From positions 5,474 through 69,473 of the forward strand of contig DASTWS010000015.1 in NCBI GenBank assembly GCA_035776755.1: a stretch of DNA of 64,000 bases, in the 5' to 3' direction. Source of the stretch: Verrucomicrobiia bacterium. GTDB taxonomy: Bacteria; Verrucomicrobiota; Verrucomicrobiia; Limisphaerales; UBA11358. Of this stretch, positions 30,659 through 40,587 are shown piece by piece; within the stretch, counting starts at the first letter, position 1, and each line of letters opens with the position of its first letter. The translations under genes were made by a program, and so were the position numbers. The notes under the pieces are model-generated. The model saw only the letters and a list, made by a program, of their open reading frames with translations. It searched no databases and had not been told where the DNA came from.

Positions 30659-31104
30659 ACCCACGCTCTTCCCGGAAGCGGTTTTTGGTTTGGATTTTCT
30701 GGAAACAACTTGTTCATCGCTTTAACGGCCGATTCCAGCGTCAACACGGGGGCCAGGGTTCCGCTCCGTTCGCGTTGCAGGATGCGTCGCAGCCGGATTT
30801 TTGCTTCTTCCGGATTTCCGTTTGAGGAGCGGGCGATCAATTCGGCCACGCCATCTTCAATTTCACATTCCAATTCTTTGGCGCAGGAGCGCACATCTTC
30901 TGCAATTTTTCGAAGCCGTGCGATTTCTTCTTTAGCTTTCCGGCTCTCATCCGGTTTTGGCGGCGGAAGTATCGGCGGCAGGCTTTGGGCTGGAACGACG
31001 AGCGCACAATTGCAAGTCGGGCAGGAAACTGTCATGCCGATGCCTTCGGCGTCAATGACCAGCTTTTGGGTGCATTTGACGCAATTGAAATGAATATCGG
31101 GCAT
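30655..31104 (-). CDS. Zinc-ribbon plus coiled-coil hypothetical protein
   Basis: N-terminal CVKC...CPTC, a Pro-rich linker and a charged helical region. Confidence 0.65.
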   Translation of the reverse strand: MPDIHFNCVKCTQKLVIDAEGIGMTVSCPTCNCALVVPAQSLPPILPPPKPDESRKAKEEIARLRKIAEDVRSCAKELECEIEDGVAELIARSSNGNPEEAKIRLRRILQRERSGTLAPVLTLESAVKAMNKLFPENPNQKPLPGRAWV

Positions 31105-31162
31105 TGAACTGATGCCAAACTAGCCTTTCCGGGTTGAGAAAATCAAGCCTGTGTGATGGTCA

Positions 31163-31732
31163 TCATTTGGGCGAAGCGGCCCGCTTGACCGATTTTTTCA
31201 AATGCCAAATTGACGGCACGTTTGCCCGCCATTTTGGAAGCGAAAGCGTGATCAAAATTTCTTCCACTTGCGCCACAACGACGATCGGAACAAAAATGCG
31301 CAACGCCATTCCCGAACCGCTGGCGAAGAAAAAGATGACTGCAACCGACGCCAAAACGGTCATTATTTTTGCGCCATAGGTATGATAACTCGTCAGTTTC
31401 TTAAATTTTAAGAATCCAATTCCGACGGCTGCGAGATAAAAGAAAATCGCGACGGCCAGGAACGGAAGTTCGTTCCGGAAATTTTCTTCATTCAACCACC
31501 AGGCGCAAAAGGGCAGGGAAACCCACAAAATGAAATCGCCCCAACTGTCCAATTTCGCGCCGAGTTCCGTCTGGCAATTCAAACGGCGCGCGAGCCAGCC
31601 ATCCAGCAGGTCCGTGAGCAGGACGATAATCAGAAGGATGACAAAAGCATTTTGACAGCCGGTCCACGCGAGCCAAAGCAAAGCCGGCGCAAGGGCGATG
31701 CGCGTGGCGCTTAACATGTTTGGAAGATTCAC
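31163..31732 (-). CDS. CDP-alcohol phosphatidyltransferase family protein
   Basis: NLPN.LS..R and TDLLDGWLARR...G..LDSWGD. Confidence 0.88.
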   Translation of the reverse strand: MNLPNMLSATRIALAPALLWLAWTGCQNAFVILLIIVLLTDLLDGWLARRLNCQTELGAKLDSWGDFILWVSLPFCAWWLNEENFRNELPFLAVAIFFYLAAVGIGFLKFKKLTSYHTYGAKIMTVLASVAVIFFFASGSGMALRIFVPIVVVAQVEEILITLSLPKWRANVPSIWHLKKSVKRAASPK

Positions 31733-31747
31733 GACGGATCCGGTTTT

Positions 31748-31817
31748 TGTAACACAAATCTGCTTTTGTCACATAATTGTAACATTTCCGCCGTTTGGTT
31801 GTAACGTGAATGTTTCA
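31748..31817 (+). promoter_or_regulatory. Pho-box-like direct repeats upstream of the porin-pst operon
   Basis: TGTCACA 31767, TGTAACA 31778, TGTAACG 31800 and TGTTTCA 31811 lie in 11-bp phase; an extra TGTAACA sits at 31748. Confidence 0.75.
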
Positions 31818-31851
31818 TTGTGTCGCCGCATTTCGCAACTGAATCATAACA

Positions 31852-33216
31852 ATGAAAAAACAAAACAGGCACAAAACATATACCAAAACGGCATTATTTG
31901 CTGGTGCAGTGGCGTTGATGGCGCTTTGTCCGCAAACTCACGCGGATACGGGCGTTGATGCGTTGCTGAACAAGCTCGAACAAAAGGGAATTCTCACCGT
32001 GGATGAAGCGAAGCAGCTTAAAGCGGAAAATGAGATGGATTCGGCGAACGATATGAAGAAGGCGTTCGACCAGAAATTTCCGATGGCCGATTGGATCAAG
32101 AGCATGAAGATCTACGGCGATTTCCGCGGCCGTTTTGATGATGTCACCACCGAGACTCCGGCGTTCGGCGGCAACGATAACAATATGCGTTTCCGTTACC
32201 GCATCCGCATGGGCGTGACTTTGAACTTGGAAGACAATTTGGAAGTCGGTTTCCGCGTCGGCTCCGGTGATTCTCCGGGAGCGACGGGCGGCACGACCGG
32301 CGGCACGCCGTTGTCGAACAATACAACATTTCAAGCCAACGGTTCGAAAAAATTCCTTTATGTGGACGCGGCTTATGGAAGCTGGACGCCGATCAATAAC
32401 GGAACGTGGATGGTTAAAGGAACGATTGGAAAAATGAATGAGCCGTTCCAGCAATCGGCGATGGTATTCGATCCGGATTATACGCCCGAAGGCGCGGCGT
32501 TGCAGGCGACCTATAAATTGAACGATAAAAATGAATTCGTGGCCAATGCCGCCGGTTTTGTGATTGACCAGGTCAATACTCGCGGGCCGTTCCTGCTTGG
32601 CGCGCAGGCAATCTGGAATGCCAAATGGACGCACCAAATCGAATCGTCGCTCGGCATCGCCGGTTACGACATCGCCAATCAATCGCATTTTGCGGCGGGC
32701 TCAAAACCGTATGATTCCAATCTTGGAAATACGATCGCCGGCGGCGCTTTTGCCAGCCATTTCAATCCAATTGTCCTCAGCGGTAGTGTTGCTTACACAC
32801 TCGACAGCTTTCCGCTTTACAAAGGCGCGTTTCCGATCCGCGTCGGCGGCGAATACCTGAACAATCCAGCCGCGGCAAACAATAACCAGGGCTGGTGGGC
32901 CGGTGTAACGTTCGGCAAAATCGGCAAAAAAGGAACGTGGGACATTTCCTACCGCTATCAACGGCTCGAAGCCGATGCATGGTGGGATCAAATTGTGGAT
33001 GACGACAACGTCGCGCTGTTCCCGACTTCGACCACGGCAGGCGCTGCCGCCGGCGGCACGAATATCAAAGGTCACCTGATCAAGGCCGATTACGCCATCA
33101 CTGATGCTTTGACGTTCTCCTTTACCTGTTACATCAACGACCTCATCAACAATCCCGTTTCCGGCGCCAATTCCAGTGCCGTCCACGCGATGGCGGACGT
33201 GATGTGGAAGTTTTAA
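31852..33216 (+). CDS. Putative outer-membrane porin (Porin_5-like), likely phosphate-related
   Basis: Signal peptide, DALLNKLEQKGIL helix, GDFRGR and RFRYRIR strands, GTNIKGH and a terminal Phe; first gene of the pst operon. Confidence 0.8.
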   Translation: MKKQNRHKTYTKTALFAGAVALMALCPQTHADTGVDALLNKLEQKGILTVDEAKQLKAENEMDSANDMKKAFDQKFPMADWIKSMKIYGDFRGRFDDVTTETPAFGGNDNNMRFRYRIRMGVTLNLEDNLEVGFRVGSGDSPGATGGTTGGTPLSNNTTFQANGSKKFLYVDAAYGSWTPINNGTWMVKGTIGKMNEPFQQSAMVFDPDYTPEGAALQATYKLNDKNEFVANAAGFVIDQVNTRGPFLLGAQAIWNAKWTHQIESSLGIAGYDIANQSHFAAGSKPYDSNLGNTIAGGAFASHFNPIVLSGSVAYTLDSFPLYKGAFPIRVGGEYLNNPAAANNNQGWWAGVTFGKIGKKGTWDISYRYQRLEADAWWDQIVDDDNVALFPTSTTAGAAAGGTNIKGHLIKADYAITDALTFSFTCYINDLINNPVSGANSSAVHAMADVMWKF

Positions 33217-33229
33217 CCGGATTGTAACG
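33212..33229 (+). promoter_or_regulatory. Possible second Pho-box pair upstream of pstS
   Basis: TTTAACC 33212 and TGTAACG 33223, 11 bp apart. Confidence 0.45.
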
Positions 33230-33268
33230 TGCCAACTAAAAACAAAAACGATTAAACTGATTACGAAA

Positions 33269-34351
33269 ATGAAAAAAACAATTCTCTCACTTCTCGGAAT
33301 TAGCGCGGCCACGGCCGTAGTGACGGTAATCGCCGGCTGCAAACGCCACGCGGCAGCCGTTGCTGCGACGGCCACGCTGATGGCGACCAATACGCAGGCG
33401 CAAACGCTCATCAACGGCGCGGGTTCGACTTTCGATTACCCGGCCTTCACCAAATGGTTTGAAGTTTATCAAAGCAGCCATCCGGACGTGCGTTTCAACT
33501 ACGCCTCGATCGGCTCCGGCGGTGGACAAAAGCAATTGCTCAATCAAACCGTCAATTTCGGTGCTTCCGACGCGCCGATGACGGACGCGGACATGGCCAA
33601 AGCGCCGGGCAAAATCCTTCATTTTGCCGTCGTCGCCGGCGGTGTGGCGATCATGTATAACCTGCCGGGCAATCCGAAAATCAAATTGGACGGCGACACG
33701 CTGGCCAACATTTATCTGGGCAACATCAAAAAATGGAACGATGCGAAAATCAAAGCATTGAACCCGGGCGTTGATTTGCCGGATCTGGACATTGCTCCGG
33801 TGCACCGCACCGAAGGCAGCGGAACCACGTTCATCTTCACGGATTATCTGACCAGCGTCAGTCCCGTTTGGGCGGATTCCGTCAGCAAAGGCACTTCCGT
33901 AAAATGGCCTGCCGGCGTCGGACTTGGCGCCAAAGGCACGGAAGGCGTGGCTGGACAGGTCAAACAAATCCCCGGCGCGATTGGCTATGGCGAATTGGCT
34001 TACGCCGACCAAAGCAAAATCCCATACGCCGACATGAAGAATGCGTCCGGCAATTACGTTTCACCCGCGCCCTCATCGGTCAGCGCAGCGCTGGCCACGG
34101 CTAAAATTCCGGATGATTTCCGGTTCTCGATGGTCAATCCTCCGGGCGCCGATGCGTATCCAATCGCCGGTGCAAGCTGGATCCTGGTTTATCAACATCA
34201 GAAAAATCCGGTGGCCGGAAAAAATCTGGTCGGATTCCTGAAATGGGCCATCACGGACGGTCAGAAGATTTCGTCCACGCTTGATTACGCGCCGTTGCCG
34301 GAAAACGTGCAGCAGCGCGAATTAAAGTTGTTGGACACAATTAAATACTGA
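33269..34351 (+). CDS. pstS: Phosphate ABC transporter substrate-binding protein
   Basis: GAGSTF, SIGSGGG, FGASDAP, HR.EGSGTT and YPI motifs. Confidence 0.95.
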   Translation: MKKTILSLLGISAATAVVTVIAGCKRHAAAVAATATLMATNTQAQTLINGAGSTFDYPAFTKWFEVYQSSHPDVRFNYASIGSGGGQKQLLNQTVNFGASDAPMTDADMAKAPGKILHFAVVAGGVAIMYNLPGNPKIKLDGDTLANIYLGNIKKWNDAKIKALNPGVDLPDLDIAPVHRTEGSGTTFIFTDYLTSVSPVWADSVSKGTSVKWPAGVGLGAKGTEGVAGQVKQIPGAIGYGELAYADQSKIPYADMKNASGNYVSPAPSSVSAALATAKIPDDFRFSMVNPPGADAYPIAGASWILVYQHQKNPVAGKNLVGFLKWAITDGQKISSTLDYAPLPENVQQRELKLLDTIKY

Positions 34352-34387
34352 CTTCGTTCGGGCGCCCGATATTTTGTGGGCGTGAGC

Positions 34388-34427
34388 AGGACGAAGAGCG
34401 CAGTTCCTCCCGCTCTTCGTCCTTTTG
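34388..34427 (+). terminator. Strong hairpin between pstS and pstC (terminator or mRNA stabiliser)
   Basis: Perfect 13-bp stem aggacgaagagcg / cgctcttcgtcct followed by a T-rich tract. Confidence 0.7.
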
Positions 34428-34460
34428 GTTTTCGCGCACGCAGCTATTTTTAAGGAACAA

Positions 34461-35402
34461 ATGATGGAACAAAAAACGGCAGGCATCCAATTCGGTGACC
34501 GCATTTTCAAATGGCTGACGCTCTTGATGGCGATCACCGTGTTTGTTTTGGTCGGGCTGATCGGTTACGAATTATTTGTCGGTTCAAAACCGGCCATCCA
34601 TAAATTCGGCTGGCATTTTCTGATCAGCAGCGATTGGGATCCAACGAATGATGTTTACGGCGCGTTGCCATTTATTCTCGGCACGCTCGTATCCTCGTTT
34701 ATCGGATTGATCATTGCCGTGCCCATCAGCGTTGCAACGGCGGTTTACCTGACCGAATTGGCACCTCTTTGGTTGCGTCAACCGCTCGTGATGTTCATCG
34801 AATTGCTCGCGGCTATTCCGAGCGTCATCCTTGGATTCTGGGGATTGTTCGTGATGGTTCCGTGGCTGCATAAATATCTCTTCCCGCCATTGCGTTCGAC
34901 GTTTGAATTTTTGCCGGTCTTCAAAGGAACGGATTACGGCCCGTGTATGTTGGCGGCGGGAATCATCCTCGCCATCATGATTGTGCCGATCATCACATCC
35001 ATTTCGCGTGAAATCCTCCGTTCCGTTCCTCCAATCCAACGCGAAGCAGCCTACGCTCTCGGCGCGACGCGTTGGGAAGTCACGCGCATCGCCGTTCTAA
35101 GCTATGCAAAGAAGGGAATTTTTGGCGCGGTGATTTTGGGCCTGGGCCGAGCGCTCGGTGAAACGATGGCTGTGACAATGGTTATCGGCAATGCGCCGCA
35201 ATTCGTTCCATCGCTTTTTCAACCCGGCAGCACGCTGGCCAGTTGGATTGCCAATCAATTCACCGAAGCCATCGGCGATCTATTTTACAGCTCATTATTT
35301 GAACTCGGCCTGGTTTTGCTCGGAGTCACCGTCCTGGTGAATATCCTCGCGCAATTGATGTTGAAAACCTTCGCGGGCCCGAGCGTAAAACCTCAACACT
35401 GA
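34461..35402 (+). CDS. pstC: Phosphate ABC transporter permease PstC
   Basis: ELLAAIPSV, EAAYALGATRWE and GRALGETMAV. Confidence 0.95.
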   Translation: MMEQKTAGIQFGDRIFKWLTLLMAITVFVLVGLIGYELFVGSKPAIHKFGWHFLISSDWDPTNDVYGALPFILGTLVSSFIGLIIAVPISVATAVYLTELAPLWLRQPLVMFIELLAAIPSVILGFWGLFVMVPWLHKYLFPPLRSTFEFLPVFKGTDYGPCMLAAGIILAIMIVPIITSISREILRSVPPIQREAAYALGATRWEVTRIAVLSYAKKGIFGAVILGLGRALGETMAVTMVIGNAPQFVPSLFQPGSTLASWIANQFTEAIGDLFYSSLFELGLVLLGVTVLVNILAQLMLKTFAGPSVKPQH

Positions 35403-35403
35403 A

Positions 35404-36255
35404 ATGACTGCACCCAATCACAAATGGCGGCAATTCAAAGACGTGTTGATGCAAATCATCACATTCATCTGCGCCGTCCTGGTTATCGCGCCGCTCGTCC
35501 TGGTGTTTTATCATTTGGTCAAATTGGGATTCGGATCGCTCAATCTCGATTTTTTTACGCACGTTCCCAAAGCGCTCGGCGAAAAAGGCGGCGGCATGGC
35601 CAACGCCATTGTTGGAACATTTATTTTGATCGGCGAAGCGGCAATCGTCGGCGTGCCGATCGGCGTGCTGGGCGGCATTTATCTTTCGGAATACGGCGGG
35701 TCGAAAATGAATTGGGGAATTCGTTTTGCGGCGGACATTTTGAACGGCGTTCCCTCCATCACCTGGGGCGTTGTCGTTTATGGCCTGATGGTCATTCCCA
35801 TGCACGGTTCTTCCGCGCTGGCCGGCGGCGTCGTGTTGGGCATGATGATGATTCCGCTCGTGATGCGCACGAGCGAAGAAGTTTTGCAACTGGTTCCACC
35901 CGGTTATCGCGAAGCGTCGCTCGCGCTGGGAATTTCCAAATGGCGGACCATTTTGCAAATCGTCGTTCGCACCGCCTTGAAAGGAATCATCACCGGTGTT
36001 TTGCTGGCGCTGGCGCGCGTGGCCGGGGAAACCGCGCCCTTGCTGTTCACCGCGTTCGGCAATCTGGGCTGGGCACACAGTTTGAAAGAACCGATTGCCG
36101 CGATGCCGCTGTTGATTTACAACTACGCGACCTCGCCTTACGAAGACTGGCATCGTCAGGCCTGGGCCGGCGCACTGGTCTTGCTGTTGCTCGTGCTGTT
36201 CGTCAACATCGTTGTCCGTGTGATGACCCGCGACCGGTTCAAAAACAAGATTTAA
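35404..36255 (+). CDS. pstA: Phosphate ABC transporter permease PstA
   Basis: GVPSI, EASLALG and [10 protein letters not shown]. Confidence 0.95.
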   Translation: MTAPNHKWRQFKDVLMQIITFICAVLVIAPLVLVFYHLVKLGFGSLNLDFFTHVPKALGEKGGGMANAIVGTFILIGEAAIVGVPIGVLGGIYLSEYGGSKMNWGIRFAADILNGVPSITWGVVVYGLMVIPMHGSSALAGGVVLGMMMIPLVMRTSEEVLQLVPPGYREASLALGISKWRTILQIVVRTALKGIITGVLLALARVAGETAPLLFTAFGNLGWAHSLKEPIAAMPLLIYNYATSPYEDWHRQAWAGALVLLLLVLFVNIVVRVMTRDRFKNKI

Positions 36256-36256
36256 C

Positions 36257-37033
36257 ATGGCTGAATTTCAAAATCATTCCGTTGCGCTGACCGTTAAAAA
36301 TCTTTCCGTTTATTTCGGCAAAAATCACGCGGTCAAAAATGTTTCGCTTGATATCACCGCGCGCGCCGTGACGGCCATCATCGGGCCGAGCGGCTGCGGC
36401 AAATCCACTTTCCTGCGTTCCATCAACCGCATGCATGAATTGAATCCGGACGCGCGAATGGAAGGCGAAATCAAACTGTTCGGCAAAGACATTTACTCGC
36501 GTGGCATCGAGCCGGTCGTCGTCCGGCGGCGCGTCGGAATGGTGTTTCAGAAATCCAATCCGTTTCCCACGATGACCATTGCCGAGAATGTCACCGTCGG
36601 TCTGCGCTTGAACGGCGTGCGCGATAAAAAAATTCTGGCGGAGCGAACCGAAAAATCGCTTCAAATGTCCGCGCTCTGGGATGAAGTGAAAGACCGTTTA
36701 AATGCGCCGGCCGTAAGTCTGTCCGGTGGCCAGCAGCAACGCCTTTGCATCGCTCGCGCGCTGGCTGTCCAGCCGGAAATTTTATTGATGGACGAACCGG
36801 CCTCGGCGCTCGACCCGTTGGCGACCGCCAAAATCGAAGAATTGATTTTGCAATTGAAGGAGAATTACACGATTGTCATCGTCACCCACAACATGCAGCA
36901 GGCCGCGCGCGCATCGGATTTCACGGCGTTTTTTTACATGGGTGAATTGGTGGAATTCGGCCCGACCACAAAAATTTTCACGAACCCGGCGCAGAAACGG
37001 ACGGAAGACTATGTGACCGGAAGGTTTGGTTGA
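36257..37033 (+). CDS. pstB: Phosphate ABC transporter ATPase PstB
   Basis: [32 protein letters not shown] and YVTGRFG. Confidence 0.97.
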   Translation: MAEFQNHSVALTVKNLSVYFGKNHAVKNVSLDITARAVTAIIGPSGCGKSTFLRSINRMHELNPDARMEGEIKLFGKDIYSRGIEPVVVRRRVGMVFQKSNPFPTMTIAENVTVGLRLNGVRDKKILAERTEKSLQMSALWDEVKDRLNAPAVSLSGGQQQRLCIARALAVQPEILLMDEPASALDPLATAKIEELILQLKENYTIVIVTHNMQQAARASDFTAFFYMGELVEFGPTTKIFTNPAQKRTEDYVTGRFG

Positions 37034-37101
37034 AAAACCGTTGCGCTTGCGATTGAATTCGCGGGAGCGATGAAAAGACCAGAATGATTACAAATTGAAT
37101 T

Positions 37102-37752
37102 ATGGAAACACACTTTGAGCAGGGATTTGAAAATTTACGGCAAAAGCTTTTGCTCATGGCCAGCCATGCCGAAGCGTCCGTCAATCTGGCCGTGCAGGCG
37201 CTCATGCAACGCGACCTTGATTTGGCGCTCAAAGTCAAAGCCGACGACGACGTGGTGGACCGTTTCGAAATTGAGATTGATGAATTGGCGATCCAGCTTT
37301 TGACCAAAGCGCCGCTCGCCACCAATTTGCGTCTCGTCACGGTGGCGATGAAAATTTGCCAAAATCTCGAACGGATCGGCGACGAAGCGACGAAAATTGC
37401 CAAGCGCGCCCGCGATTTGGCGCAGGAACCGCCGGTAAAAATCACTTTGGATTTGCCGCGCATGGCTACGCTCGCGCTGTCGATGGTCAAAGATGCGCTC
37501 GACACATTTGTCCAGCGCGATTCTGCGGCTGCCCGCGCCATCGTCCCACGCGACAAGGAAGTGGATGCGTTGAACCGGCAGGTTCATCAATTGCTCGCGC
37601 AGCACATGATGGAGCATCCGGATACGATTGCGCGTTGCCTCCACTGGATCGTTGCCGCGAAAAGTTTGGAACGGATCGCCGATCACGCCAAAAATATTGC
37701 CGAAGAAGTCGTTTACCTCTGCGAAGCCCAGGACATCCGGCACGTGCATTAA
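37102..37752 (+). CDS. phoU: Phosphate signalling protein PhoU
   Basis: Two PhoU repeats, LERIGD and LERIADH..NIAE. Confidence 0.95.
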   Translation: METHFEQGFENLRQKLLLMASHAEASVNLAVQALMQRDLDLALKVKADDDVVDRFEIEIDELAIQLLTKAPLATNLRLVTVAMKICQNLERIGDEATKIAKRARDLAQEPPVKITLDLPRMATLALSMVKDALDTFVQRDSAAARAIVPRDKEVDALNRQVHQLLAQHMMEHPDTIARCLHWIVAAKSLERIADHAKNIAEEVVYLCEAQDIRHVH

Positions 37753-37755
37753 ATT

Positions 37756-39939
37756 TTAATTCGCTGGAATCATTGCCGCTGCTTCACGCACGAGAATCCG
37801 CGCAAAGAACCAGTCAAACCAAAAACCGTTCGGCGCGCTGCCTGGATCCAATTCCCCGCTGAATTTGTTTTCAACAGCGGTGCGGGCTTCTTTTAAAAGT
37901 CTGCGCGCTTCGTCCGGCTGGTGGAGCTGCCAGCAGGCCATCGCAAGAATGGTTTGGGCGGTTACGGTCCGCGGCGCATTGAATTCGGAATAGGATAAAC
38001 AACGCCGGCTCCATTGTGCGGATTCCTCGTAATTGCCTTTGCGATATTCAAACAATGCCATGGAAACGCATTGCCAGGAGGCGCGGAAAACGTCAGGAGG
38101 CGTGTCGCTGTTTGCCGCCTGAAACGTTTGCAATGTCACGGCTTCAAGCGGCTCCAGTGATTTCATCACGCCGGCATCCGCCGGAATGAGCAAGCTGATT
38201 TTCATGATGCGGTCGGCTACCGGATACGTCGTTCCCGCGAAACGGGCGATGGCTTCGTGACGAAAACGTTCATAAGCATTTTTGTCATTCAATTCGATCC
38301 AAAGCGGGCCGCACTCCAGATAATCGAGCGTGTCAACATCCCAGCCATCCATTTGGTTCACCTTCAAAAGTTGTGCGAAGCGTTCGGCGGCTTCCGCGTA
38401 ATCGCCGCGCAACGCGTGCCATTCGCCGAGTGAGCGCAAAACCGACGCGGCTTCCAATGAGGGCCGGGTAAAATTGACTTTGCCTGATAATTCATCGGCT
38501 TCGTCGAATTTTTCTTCGCTGATGAGCAACGTCATTTGAGTGATTTTCTCGCGTTGTTCTGCCTGCTGGCGCAACGCGATTTCTTTTTGCTCCGCCTCGA
38601 CGGCGCGTTGGCGCGCGGCGCGTTCCTGCACAAGCAGCCAGGTTGAAACTCCCAATCCGATCACGAGTGCCAGGACGACCGCTGCGGCGGACGCGAAGAC
38701 AACTTTATTGCGGCGCACCAGTTTCTGGAAACGATACAACCTGCTGGGCGGGCGGGCGACGACCGGTTCGTTGTTCAAGTAGCGGACGATATCCATTGCC
38801 AGGCCGTTGGCTGTTTCGTAACGGCGTTTGCGATCTTTTTCGAGCGCTTTCATCACGATCCAATCCAGGTCGCCTTTGAGCCGCGAAATCAATTGCGGCG
38901 CTTCTTCATGACGGCGCGCCGCGGTGATCTTTAATTCTGTTCCATGTAACGTGGTCAAAATATTCGACGGCCGTTGCGGCTCGACCTCGCGCAAAGTCTT
39001 GCGCATCTGGTCAACGCCGGATTTGATCAGTTCCCGCGCATCAAAAGGCGTTTTTCCGGTCAGCAATTCGTAAAGCAAAACGCCCAGCGAATAAATGTCG
39101 CTGCGCGTGTCCACGTCCATGTCGCTCATTTCGGCCTGCTCGGGACTCATGTAGGCGGGCGTGCCGATGAGTTGTTCGTAAGCGGTGAAAAGCGTTTTAT
39201 CTGTCAGCCGGCCCTGGATGGCTTTGGCGATTCCAAAATCAATGACTTTGGGCACCGGCACGCCATCGCGCAGCGTCACCAAAATGTTGGACGGCTTGAT
39301 GTCGCGGTGAATCACGCCTTTTTGATGCGCGTGCTGGATTGCCTGGCAAACCTGCACAAAAAGTTCCAGCCGCTGGCGCATGTCCAATTGGTTTTTGTCG
39401 CAATAATCCGTGATGCGCACGCCGCGGACCAATTCCATCATGAAATACGGACGGCCCGTTTCCGTTGCGCCCGCATCTAAAACGCGCGCGATATTCGGAT
39501 GATCCATCAACGCCAGCGCCTGACGCTCCGCATCGAAACGGGCGATGACGCTTTTTGTGTCCATGCCGAGCTTGATGATTTTCAACGCCACGCGGCGATG
39601 GACCGGTTCCTGTTGTTCCGCCATGTAAACGATTCCGCATCCGCCTTCGCCGATTTTTTGAAGCAATTTGTAGCGCCCGATGCACGTGCCCAATGCGTCC
39701 GTCAATTCATCCGTCCCGCTGGTGTCGCCGGTGGAATCGACTGAGAGTGATTTGAGCCGCGACGCAACGGCATTGAAAAAACCATCCGCTTCCGTTTCCG
39801 CCAACAGCAACGCCTCGACCCGTTCGCGCAATTGCGGGTCGGCCGCGCACGCCTGGTCCAGAAATGCCGCTCGCGCCGCGGCTGTTTTCAACAGGCGCGC
39901 GGCGTCGAACAAAATTTCTTCCTGCGATGTATCCGGCAT
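37756..39939 (-). CDS. Hanks-type Ser/Thr kinase with a TM helix and a TPR-like C-terminal domain
   Basis: IGEGGCG, VALK, HRDIKPSN, DFG and GTPAYMSPEQ; TM VVFASAAAVVLALVIGLGVSTWLLV. Confidence 0.93.
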   Translation of the reverse strand: MPDTSQEEILFDAARLLKTAAARAAFLDQACAADPQLRERVEALLLAETEADGFFNAVASRLKSLSVDSTGDTSGTDELTDALGTCIGRYKLLQKIGEGGCGIVYMAEQQEPVHRRVALKIIKLGMDTKSVIARFDAERQALALMDHPNIARVLDAGATETGRPYFMMELVRGVRITDYCDKNQLDMRQRLELFVQVCQAIQHAHQKGVIHRDIKPSNILVTLRDGVPVPKVIDFGIAKAIQGRLTDKTLFTAYEQLIGTPAYMSPEQAEMSDMDVDTRSDIYSLGVLLYELLTGKTPFDARELIKSGVDQMRKTLREVEPQRPSNILTTLHGTELKITAARRHEEAPQLISRLKGDLDWIVMKALEKDRKRRYETANGLAMDIVRYLNNEPVVARPPSRLYRFQKLVRRNKVVFASAAAVVLALVIGLGVSTWLLVQERAARQRAVEAEQKEIALRQQAEQREKITQMTLLISEEKFDEADELSGKVNFTRPSLEAASVLRSLGEWHALRGDYAEAAERFAQLLKVNQMDGWDVDTLDYLECGPLWIELNDKNAYERFRHEAIARFAGTTYPVADRIMKISLLIPADAGVMKSLEPLEAVTLQTFQAANSDTPPDVFRASWQCVSMALFEYRKGNYEESAQWSRRCLSYSEFNAPRTVTAQTILAMACWQLHQPDEARRLLKEARTAVENKFSGELDPGSAPNGFWFDWFFARILVREAAAMIPAN

Positions 39940-39945
39940 TGGAAT

Positions 39946-40515
39946 TCAATCTTTTAGCGAGCGGATCCTCTGAAACAGCCATGCTTTGGCAAATGCCCAT
40001 TGGCGCTCAACGGTTCGTTCGGTCACGCCGAAACTTTCGGCGATCTCGTGATTGGTCAGGCCGCCGAAAAATTTTAAGATAACGATGCGCGCTTTTTCCG
40101 GGTCTTTGCTGCGCAATTGTTCCAAGGCCTCGTTCATCAGGAGAATTTTATCATCCGGCGTGGTATCGGCCAGATCCAGTCCTTCGATGTCCAGCCGGAT
40201 TTGGCCGCCGCCGCGTTTAAGCCGGGATTTTTTGCGCGCGTTATCCACGAGAATTCGCCGCATCGCTTCGGCCGCGGCGCCAAAAAAATGCCCGCGGTTT
40301 TGCCAGGTGCGATGTCCATCGGCGACGAGCCGCAACCATGCTTCATGAACCAAAGCGGTCGCCTGCAAGGTCTGTCCGGCGGGTTCATGAGCCATCCGCG
40401 CGGCCGCCATCAATCTCAATTCGTTATAGATCAGCGGCAGCAATTCTTCGGAAGCGTTTCCTTCTCCGCGTCCCAGGGCATGGAGAATCTGCGTGATGTC
40501 GTTTTGCGAAGTCAT
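39946..40515 (-). CDS. ECF sigma-70 factor, TIGR02999/ECF43-like, kinase-associated
   Basis: LLPLIYNELR, QTLQATALVHEAW, AMRRILVD.AR, KRGG and FFGGLT..EIA; adjacent to the kinase. Confidence 0.9.
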   Translation of the reverse strand: MTSQNDITQILHALGRGEGNASEELLPLIYNELRLMAAARMAHEPAGQTLQATALVHEAWLRLVADGHRTWQNRGHFFGAAAEAMRRILVDNARKKSRLKRGGGQIRLDIEGLDLADTTPDDKILLMNEALEQLRSKDPEKARIVILKFFGGLTNHEIAESFGVTERTVERQWAFAKAWLFQRIRSLKD

Positions 40516-40587
40516 TGGGAAATCGTTCGACTAATGGAATCAAATTCTTTCCGGAACGCCAAGCGGCTTTTCGCCGCAAAAGGCCTG

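Noticed and set aside
35424..36290. 288-aa alternative-frame ORF over pstA
   Set aside because: It is an Arg-rich off-frame product; pstA is intact in its own frame.
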